Origin: a virus
Lineage: Duplodnaviria; Heunggongvirae; Uroviricota; Caudoviricetes
Length of the DNA: 31,816 nucleotides
Virus record (IMG/VR): IMGVR_UViG_2563366912_000005
Strand: one strand, 5' to 3'
Part shown: positions 25,151 to 31,816 of the stretch, one piece after another
How the letters are laid out: every line of letters begins with the position of its first letter
Position numbering within the stretch: position 1 is the first letter of the stretch
The notes under the pieces: model-generated
The model's input: the letters and a program-made list of their open reading frames with translations, nothing else
Told to the model about the DNA's origin: nothing
Database searches by the model: none
Position numbers and translations under genes: made by a program

Positions 25151-25364
25151 TGTTCAACCGCCCCGCCCGCTTCGTCTTACGATATTCGTCATAAACCTTG
25201 GGATCATACAGAAGCTCCCCGCCAGATGCCTCCTGTAGACGCATCGCGCGACCTTCAGGAACCAGTATCCCCCAAGCAGCAACACTTGCCAGTCTCACTC
25301 CTGCGGCATTGGCAAGCTTTGTTTTGCTGCCAAAAAAAGTAATTGCGTCAACTTTAAGCATCAA
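25134..25364 (-). CDS. dicC: DicC-like (Cro-type) regulator
   Basis: 76 aa with FGSKTKLANAAGVRLASV helix-turn-helix; divergent from dicA across an operator-bearing intergenic region. Confidence 0.75.
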   Translation of the reverse strand: MMLKVDAITFFGSKTKLANAAGVRLASVAAWGILVPEGRAMRLQEASGGELLYDPKVYDEYRKTKRAGRLNNENHS

Positions 25365-25374
25365 AGCCCCTCTT

Positions 25375-25390
25375 GTTAGACTTTTCTAAC
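25375..25390. promoter_or_regulatory. Candidate DicA / DicC operator, inverted repeat
   Basis: GTTAGA-N4-TCTAAC perfect palindrome in the dicC-dicA intergenic region; partial second copy at 25425..25439. Confidence 0.5.
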
Positions 25391-25440
25391 ATTATTGTGC
25401 GCGGGATATCTAAGTCAAGAAAAATTAGAATTACCTAACT

Positions 25441-25848
25441 ATGGATACAAGAACCCTAGGCCAGCGAGTTCTGGCGCGACGAAAAGAATTACGCTTAACA
25501 CAACGAGAAGCTGCGCGCCTCGCTGGAGTTGCTCACGTCACAATTTCACAATGGGAAAGAGACGAAACCCAGCCAGTCGGAAAACGATTGTTTGCTTTAG
25601 CGGATGCTCTGAAGTGCTCACCTACATGGCTAATGTTTGGTGACGAAGACAAGGCACCAGTGCCTGTACAAGAACTTCATGTGGAAACAGAGCTAACTCC
25701 CAACCACAAAGAATTGATCGAATTATTCGATGCTCTTCCATCTTCCGAGCAGGAAGCCTTGCTGTCTGAAATGCGCGCAAGAGTAGAAAACTTCAACAAA
25801 CTCTTCGAAGAAATGCTTAAAGCGCGTAAAAATAAATCAATAAAATAA
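25441..25848 (+). CDS. dicA: DicA-like repressor (XRE-family helix-turn-helix)
   Basis: 135 aa; LTQREAARLAGVAHVTISQWERDETQP helix-turn-helix and ...CSPTWLMFGDEDK... pattern as in DicA as recalled. Confidence 0.85.
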   Translation: MDTRTLGQRVLARRKELRLTQREAARLAGVAHVTISQWERDETQPVGKRLFALADALKCSPTWLMFGDEDKAPVPVQELHVETELTPNHKELIELFDALPSSEQEALLSEMRARVENFNKLFEEMLKARKNKSIK

Positions 25849-25885
25849 CATTCTTTTCAAGTGATTAGTTGCGCCCACTCTTTTT

Positions 25886-25901
25886 GTTAGACTAATCTAA
25901 C
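25886..25901. promoter_or_regulatory. Second copy of the operator palindrome, upstream of the ydfA-dicB operon
   Basis: GTTAGA-N4-TCTAAC again, with a partial TTAGGTTATTCTAA copy at 25923..25936. Confidence 0.45.
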
Positions 25902-26016
25902 AAAAAACACTTGCCTCTCATGTTAGGTTATTCTAAATTACTTTCCATCAAGACACCGCACGGTGTTCTCAGCAAACAGTTCCGCTACCCCGGCGTTAAG
26001 GGGAAATGAGGTCAGC

Positions 26017-26172
26017 ATGGATACTATCGATCTTGGCAACAGCGAATCTCTGGTATGTGGCGTGTTCCCCAACCAGGACGGCACGTTCACCGCGATGACG
26101 TATACCAAAAGCAAAACGTTTAAAACCGAAAATGGTGCCCGTCGCTGGCTGGAAAGAAACTCAGGTGAGTGA
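26017..26172 (+). CDS. ydfA: YdfA-like small protein
   Basis: MDTIDLGNSESLVCGVFPNQDGTFTAMTYTKSKTF...; GAGG ribosome-binding site before ATG at 26017. Confidence 0.7.
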   Translation: MDTIDLGNSESLVCGVFPNQDGTFTAMTYTKSKTFKTENGARRWLERNSGE

Positions 26173-26173
26173 T

Positions 26174-26749
26174 ATGGATTTCGACACAATCATGGAAAAG
26201 GCTTACGAAGAATACTTCGAAGGCCTTGCCGAAGGCGAAGAAGCTCTCAGCTTCAGTGAGTTTAAACAGGCACTCAGAATAAGAATGTGCTCTCACAATG
26301 ACGCGGAGCACAAATATGAGAAGCAAAATCAGACCGCAGAAAATTTTGTTCTGGAACCCGGAGAAACGCTTTTCAAAATTCCCGTTACGTGCCCCATTTG
26401 CGGTTTTACATCAGAAGAACTTGACGACTCCTGTAACAATCAGGAAACAACCAAGTATGTCGAAGATGATACCGAGTGCGCACGAAGAACGATTATATCC
26501 ACGAGTCCAAACTCCAGGGCCAATAAATCTCACTTTGAGAGGGTGATTAATCCACTCCCCCAAACCAATAAAAAAGATGCCGGAGGACAAAAAACCCAAT
26601 GGAACAACGGGATATCTGTCAAAAAAAGACGTTCCATTAAAGACAAACAACGCAGCGCCAACAACTGTAAGCGCTTTATACCAGTAATCAATTTTCATGT
26701 TCTTAAGCGGATTTATTGGTGGTTGCGACATTGCTTAATGAATCCTTAA
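26174..26749 (+). CDS. YdfB/YdfC-region protein, present here as one long 191-aa ORF
   Basis: Begins MDFDTIMEKAYEEYFEGL (YdfB-like) and stays open to 26749; may be a fused or ancestral form of two short K-12 genes. Confidence 0.45.
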   Translation: MDFDTIMEKAYEEYFEGLAEGEEALSFSEFKQALRIRMCSHNDAEHKYEKQNQTAENFVLEPGETLFKIPVTCPICGFTSEELDDSCNNQETTKYVEDDTECARRTIISTSPNSRANKSHFERVINPLPQTNKKDAGGQKTQWNNGISVKKRRSIKDKQRSANNCKRFIPVINFHVLKRIYWWLRHCLMNP

Positions 26750-27007
26750 AACTGTGGTGATTTTAAGGATACCACCTCGCCTGACGTGGTTAAAAGCAGG
26801 CACACAACACGAAAGCGCACGGCGAAGTTCGTCTCACTGTACGGTGTCGTTAAATTTAATTCGACCGTGCGCTTCCGGTTGTGGCAACCCGCAAAATGGC
26901 GCGGCGGTAAGTATGGCGGGGTTATTCCTTCCCCGTTGAGGACACCGGGTTGTCAGGTTGACCATACGCTTAAGTGACAACCCCGCTGCAACGCCCTCTG
27001 TTATCAA

Positions 27008-27066
27008 TTTTCTGGTGACGTTTGGCGGTATCAGTTTTACTCCGTGACTGCTCTGCCGCCGTTTTT
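27008..27066 (+). ncRNA. dicF: DicF small regulatory RNA
   Basis: tttctggtgacgtttggcggtatcagttttactccgtgactgctctgccgccgttttt matches the DicF sequence as recalled, with terminal hairpin and T-run. Confidence 0.8.
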
Positions 27067-27235
27067 AAAGTGAATTTTGTTATGCGGTGAATGCGGCTAA
27101 GCGCACGCGGAACAGTTAAAACCAAAAACAGTGTTATGGGTGGATTCTCTGTATCCGACGTTAATTGTTAACTGGTTAACGTCACCTGGAGGCACCAGGC
27201 TCTGCATCACAAAATTTATTGTTGAGGACGCGATA

Positions 27236-27424
27236 ATGAAAACGTTATTACCAAACGTTAATACGTCTGAAGGTTGTTTTGAAATTGGTGTCACTATCAG
27301 TAACCCTGTATTTACTGAAGATGCCATTAACAAGAGAAAACAAGAACGGGAGCTATTAAATAAAATATGCATTGTTTCAATGCTGGCTCGTTTACGTCTG
27401 ATGCCAAAAGGATGTGCACAATGA
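27236..27424 (+). CDS. dicB: Cell-division inhibitor DicB
   Basis: MKTLLPNVNTSEGCFEIGVTISNPVFTEDAINKRKQERELLNKICIVSMLARLRLMPKGCAQ (62 aa); GAGGA ribosome-binding site. Confidence 0.85.
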   Translation: MKTLLPNVNTSEGCFEIGVTISNPVFTEDAINKRKQERELLNKICIVSMLARLRLMPKGCAQ

Positions 27425-27612
27425 ATTCAGCATTTGCGCTTGTTCTGACAGTTTTTCTTGTTTCCGGAGTGCCAGTTGATATTGCAGTCAGTGTTCACAG
27501 GACAATGCAGGAGTGTATGACTGCAGCAACCGAACAGAAAATTCCCGGTAACTGTTACCCGGTCGATAAAGTTATTAACCAGGATAATATCGAAATCTCG
27601 GCAGGTCTTTAA
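27421..27612 (+). CDS. ydfD: YdfD-like small membrane protein
   Basis: MNSAFALVLTVFLVSGVPVDIAVSVHRT... (63 aa); start overlaps the dicB stop. Confidence 0.75.
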   Translation: MNSAFALVLTVFLVSGVPVDIAVSVHRTMQECMTAATEQKIPGNCYPVDKVINQDNIEISAGL

Positions 27613-27705
27613 AACAGTTCCGTAATAAATATCCGGTTTCATTCTTATATGCCAGCAATGGCAGGGATTTGTTCATCCTTAAATCTGTCATGAGGTTAAA
27701 ACAAA

Positions 27706-30177
27706 ATGAGTAAAGTCTTTATTTGCGCCGCTATTCCTGACGAACTGGCAACAAGGGAAGAAGGCGCTGTGGCTGTAGCCACAGCCATTGAAGCTGGCGA
27801 CGAACGCCGTGCTCGAGCAAAATTTCACTGGCAATTCCTGGAACATTATCCGGCTGCTCAGGACTGCGCTTATAAATTTATTGTCTGCGAGGATAAACCT
27901 GGCATACCCCGCCCTGCCCTCGATTCATGGGATGCTGAATATATGCAGGAAAACCGCTGGGATGAGGAGTCTGCTTCTTTTGTCCCGAATGAGACTGAAT
28001 CCGATCCGATGAACGTCACTTTTGACAAGCTGGCCCCTGAAGTACAGAACGCTGTCATGGTTAAGTTCGACACATGTGAAAACATCACCGTTGATATGGT
28101 TATTAGCGCACAGGAATTGTTGCAGGAAGACATGGCAACATTCGACGGACATATCGTTGAAGCGTTGATGAAAATGCCAGAAGTTAACGCCATGTATCCG
28201 GAGCTTAAGTTGCACGCCATTGGGTGGGTTAAGCATAAATGTATTCCTGGTGCTAAATGGCCCGAAATTCAGGCAGAGATGCGCATCTGGAAAAAACGTC
28301 GCGAAGGTGAACGCAAGGAAACCGGAAAATACACGTCTGTTGTTGATCTCGCACGCGCCAGAGCCAATCAACAGTACACTGAAAATTCAACAGGAAAAAT
28401 CAGCCCGGTCATTGCTGCCATTCATCGCGAATACAAGCAGACATGGAAAACACTGGATGACGAACTGGCCTACGCTCTCTGGCCTGGTGATGTGGATGCC
28501 GGAAACATTGACGGCAGCATCCATCGCTGGGCAAAAAAAGAAGTTATCGACAACGACCGCGAAGACTGGAAGCGTATCTCGGCATCAATGCGCAAACAGC
28601 CTGATGCCCTTCGCTACGACCGCCAGACTATTTTTGGCCTTGTCCGTGAGCGTCCGATCGACATTCACAAAGATCCCGTAGCACTGAACAAATATATCTG
28701 CGAATACCTGACGACAAAGGGCGTGTTTGAGAATGAAGAAACAGACCTGGGCACTGTTGATGTTCTCCAGTCATCAGAAACACAAACTGATGCAGTGGAA
28801 ACTGAGGTATCTGATATCCCAAAAAATGAAACCGCGCCGGAAGCTGAACCATCTGTAGAGCGTGAGGGGCCGTTCTATTTCCTCTTCGCAGATAAGGACG
28901 GAGAAAAATACGGTCGCGCAAACAAACTTTCTGGTCTGGATAAGGCACTGGCTGCTGGCGCCACTGAAATCACAAAAGAAGAATATTTTGCCCGAAAAAA
29001 TGGCACATACACGGGCTTACCGCAAAATGTAGATACCGCTGAAGATTCAGAACAACCAGAGCCGATAAAAGTTACCGCTGACGAAGTAAACAAAATTATG
29101 CAGGCAGCCAATATCAGCCAGCCTGACGCTGATAAGTTGCTTGCTGCATCACGTGGTGAATTTGTTGAAGGGATTAGTGACCCGAATGATCCGAAATGGG
29201 TTAAGGGGATCCAGACCCGCGATTCTGTGAACCAGAACCAGCATGAATCGGAACGGAACTACCAAAAAGCGGAACAAAACAGTCCAAATGCGTTACAAAA
29301 CGAGCCAGTAACGAAACAGCCTGAACCAGTAGCGCAACAGGAAGTGGAAAAAGTCTGCACCGCCTGCGGTCAGACCGGCGGCGGCAACTGCCCTGATTGT
29401 GGCGCGGTGATGGGCGACGCAACATACCAGGAAACATTCGATGAAGAGTATCAGGTTGAAGTTCAGGAAGATGATCCGGAGGAAATGCAAGGCGCTGAAC
29501 ATCCACACAAGGAGAACACTGGCGGCAATCAGCATCACAATAGCGATAATGAAACTGGCGAGACGGCAGATCACCCAATTAAGGTGAACGGTCATCACGA
29601 AATCACATCCACCAGCAGGGCGTGTGACCATCTAATGATCGACCTTGAAACCATGGGAAAAAATCCTGATGCCCCGATCATCTCAATAGGTGCAATATTT
29701 TTCGATCCGCAAACCGGAGATATGGGACCGGAATTTAGTAAGACTATCGATCTGGAAACTGCTGGCGGAGTCATTGATCGGGACACCATTAAATGGTGGC
29801 TTAAGCAATCACGCGAAGCGCAATCTGCCATTATGACCGATGAAATCCCGTTAGATGATGCACTGTTACAATTGCGGGAATTTATCGACGAAAACTCCGG
29901 TGAATTTTTTGTTCAGGTTTGGGGAAATGGAGCCAACTTCGACAACACGATTTTGCGCCGTTCATACGAACGGCAGGGGATCCCCTGCCCGTGGCGTTAC
30001 TACAACGATCGCGATGTACGCACAATCGTTGAGCTGGGGAAAGCCATAGACTTCGATGCCAGAACGGCTATTCCATTCGAAGGTGAGCGCCATAATGCAC
30101 TTGATGACGCCCGTTACCAGGCAAAATACGTTTCAGTTATCTGGCAAAAACTGATCCCGAGTCAGGCTGATTCTTAA
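27706..30177 (+). CDS. Large prophage exonuclease (YdfE-like position) with C-terminal DEDDh-type 3'-5' exonuclease domain
   Basis: C-terminal motifs MIDLETMG, WGNGANFDNTIL and H-NALDDARY are DnaQ-like; central acidic low-complexity linker with a CTACG..CPDCG zinc ribbon; TGAGGT ribosome-binding site. Confidence 0.75.
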   Translation: MSKVFICAAIPDELATREEGAVAVATAIEAGDERRARAKFHWQFLEHYPAAQDCAYKFIVCEDKPGIPRPALDSWDAEYMQENRWDEESASFVPNETESDPMNVTFDKLAPEVQNAVMVKFDTCENITVDMVISAQELLQEDMATFDGHIVEALMKMPEVNAMYPELKLHAIGWVKHKCIPGAKWPEIQAEMRIWKKRREGERKETGKYTSVVDLARARANQQYTENSTGKISPVIAAIHREYKQTWKTLDDELAYALWPGDVDAGNIDGSIHRWAKKEVIDNDREDWKRISASMRKQPDALRYDRQTIFGLVRERPIDIHKDPVALNKYICEYLTTKGVFENEETDLGTVDVLQSSETQTDAVETEVSDIPKNETAPEAEPSVEREGPFYFLFADKDGEKYGRANKLSGLDKALAAGATEITKEEYFARKNGTYTGLPQNVDTAEDSEQPEPIKVTADEVNKIMQAANISQPDADKLLAASRGEFVEGISDPNDPKWVKGIQTRDSVNQNQHESERNYQKAEQNSPNALQNEPVTKQPEPVAQQEVEKVCTACGQTGGGNCPDCGAVMGDATYQETFDEEYQVEVQEDDPEEMQGAEHPHKENTGGNQHHNSDNETGETADHPIKVNGHHEITSTSRACDHLMIDLETMGKNPDAPIISIGAIFFDPQTGDMGPEFSKTIDLETAGGVIDRDTIKWWLKQSREAQSAIMTDEIPLDDALLQLREFIDENSGEFFVQVWGNGANFDNTILRRSYERQGIPCPWRYYNDRDVRTIVELGKAIDFDARTAIPFEGERHNALDDARYQAKYVSVIWQKLIPSQADS

Positions 30178-30249
30178 TGTTCAACTGTCGCCGGTTGTGA
30201 CTGGTATTCTGCAACCGGCGCTCGTCTGATGTAAGAGATAAAGAAATCG

Positions 30250-30501
30250 ATGAGCGAAGTAATCATGATTGTCTCTCCCGGCAAATGGGTATCCGAAGAG
30301 CAGTTAATTGCGCTGAAAGGAATAAAAAAAGGTACGTTAAAAAAGGCCCGGGAAAAATCGTTTATGGAAGGAAGGGAATATAAGCATGTCGCTCATGACG
30401 GTATGCCATGGGATAACAGTCCATGCTTTTACAACCTGGAAGAAATTGATCGCTGGATTGAGCGCCAGGCATCAGCGAGACCAAGACGTCATCTTACTTG
30501 A
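30250..30501 (+). CDS. xis: Excisionase-like protein
   Basis: Small basic protein directly upstream of the integrase; GREYKHV resembles the lambda Xis DGREYLFH region. Confidence 0.55.
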   Translation: MSEVIMIVSPGKWVSEEQLIALKGIKKGTLKKAREKSFMEGREYKHVAHDGMPWDNSPCFYNLEEIDRWIERQASARPRRHLT

Positions 30502-30535
30502 CTAAAAGCCACACTAACTAATGAGAGAAGTTGAA

Positions 30536-31816
30536 ATGAAATATCCGACAGGCGTGGAAAACCATGGAGGGAAATTACGTATCTGGTTTGTTTATAAAGG
30601 CGTAAGAGTCAGGGAAAATCTGGGGGTTCCTGACACAGCAAAAAACAGGCGCGTTGCAGGTGAACTACGCTCCTCTGTTTGTTACGCAATAAAAACTGGT
30701 GTTTTCGACTATGCAAAACAGTTTCCCTCCTCACGCAATCTGGAAAAATTTGGTGAGGCCCGACAAGATTTAACCATAAAAGAACTGGCTGAAAAATTTC
30801 TGGCACTGAAAGAAACTGAAGTCGCCAAAACATCACTCAACACATACCGTGCCGTCATCAAAAATATCCTGAGCATAATCGGTGAAAAAAATCTTGCCTC
30901 ATCGATTAATAAAGAAAAATTACTGGAGGTTCGTAAAGAGTTACTGACTGGATACCAGATCCCCAAAAGTAACTATATTGTTACACAACCAGGGAGATCG
31001 GCTGTAACTGTAAATAATTACATGACAAATCTTAACGCCGTGTTCCAGTTTGGTGTTGATAACGGTTACCTGGCAGATAATCCGTTTAAGGGGATCTCGC
31101 CATTAAAGGAATCAAGAACCATTCCGGATCCTCTTTCGCGGGAAGAATTTATCCGTCTTATCGATGCGTGCAGAAATCAGCAAGCAAAAAATTTATGGTG
31201 TGTTTCTGTTTATACTGGCGTTCGCCCTGGTGAGCTGTGTGCACTTGGATGGGAGGACATAGATCTGAAAAATGGAACAATGATGATCAGGAGAAATTTA
31301 GCAAAAGACCGTTTCACGGTACCAAAAACACAGGCGGGAACCAATCGGGTCATTCATCTTATTAAGCCAGCAATCGACGCTCTCCGGAGTCAGATGACAT
31401 TAACGAGACTGAGCAAAGAGCATATCATTGATGTTCACCTCAGAGAGTATGGCAGAACAGAAAAACAAAAATGCACCTTTGTTTTTCAACCTGAAGTGTC
31501 AGCGAGAGTAAAAAATTATGGTGACCATTTTACCGTTGACTCAATAAGGCAGATGTGGGACGCAGCGATAAAACGTGCCGGACTCCGCCATCGAAAATCA
31601 TATCAGTCGAGACATACTTATGCCTGCTGGTCGCTGACAGCTGGTGCTAACCCGGCATTTATAGCAAACCAGATGGGCCATGCAGATGCGCAAATGGTAT
31701 TTCAGGTATACGGAAAATGGATGTCTGAAAACAATAATGCACAGGTAGCTTTGTTAAATACACAGTTAAGCGAGTTTGCCCCAACCATGCCCCATAACGA
31801 AGCAATGAAAAATTAA
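30536..31816 (+). CDS. int: Tyrosine-recombinase integrase
   Basis: C-terminal catalytic region with RHTYACW...H..Y (...ANQMGHADAQMVFQVYGKWM); complete, with its stop at the window end. Confidence 0.85.
   Translation: MKYPTGVENHGGKLRIWFVYKGVRVRENLGVPDTAKNRRVAGELRSSVCYAIKTGVFDYAKQFPSSRNLEKFGEARQDLTIKELAEKFLALKETEVAKTSLNTYRAVIKNILSIIGEKNLASSINKEKLLEVRKELLTGYQIPKSNYIVTQPGRSAVTVNNYMTNLNAVFQFGVDNGYLADNPFKGISPLKESRTIPDPLSREEFIRLIDACRNQQAKNLWCVSVYTGVRPGELCALGWEDIDLKNGTMMIRRNLAKDRFTVPKTQAGTNRVIHLIKPAIDALRSQMTLTRLSKEHIIDVHLREYGRTEKQKCTFVFQPEVSARVKNYGDHFTVDSIRQMWDAAIKRAGLRHRKSYQSRHTYACWSLTAGANPAFIANQMGHADAQMVFQVYGKWMSENNNAQVALLNTQLSEFAPTMPHNEAMKN

Noticed and set aside
26411-26731. 106-aa hydrophobic minus-strand ORF antisense to the ydfB/C region
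   Set aside because: Antisense to a conserved operon just upstream of dicF; the hydrophobic appearance is likely a by-product of the sense-strand codon composition.
27870-28371. Antisense ORFs (116 and 148 aa) within the exonuclease gene
   Set aside because: Shadow frames inside a long, well-supported coding region.

Overview
The window is almost entirely a lambdoid, Qin-like prophage of an Escherichia-type genome, read here from the tail side to the integrase. All calls rest on reading the supplied ORF translations and the DNA by eye; no database search or computation was run. From left to right: the last 60 bp of an IS100-like (IS21-family) copy at the window edge, cutting into the tail assembly G-T gene; a minus-strand lambda-like tail and head module (gpG, gpV, gpU, gpZ, FII-like, fused ClpP-protease/major capsid, portal, gpW, terminase large and small); a small-gene block (ydfO, gnsB, cspI); a lysis cassette (Rz/Rz1, SAR endolysin, S21-type pinholin); the divergent cspB / cspF pair, with cspF decayed; antiterminator Q with a late promoter and terminator directly downstream; a DUF968 protein; hokD; an AT-rich, opposite-strand cargo gene of unknown function (about 595 aa when reconstructed) that is split near its 3' end by a complete 1954-bp IS100-like element with a 5-bp target duplication; a replication module with iterons inside the initiator gene; the dicC / dicA switch; the ydfA-dicF-dicB-ydfD operon; an 823-aa exonuclease; excisionase and a tyrosine integrase ending exactly at the window edge. 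The most interesting candidate for an undescribed function is the IS-interrupted cargo gene in the slot between the replication genes and Q. Start codons are chosen by eye from ribosome-binding-site context and are approximate for several genes.
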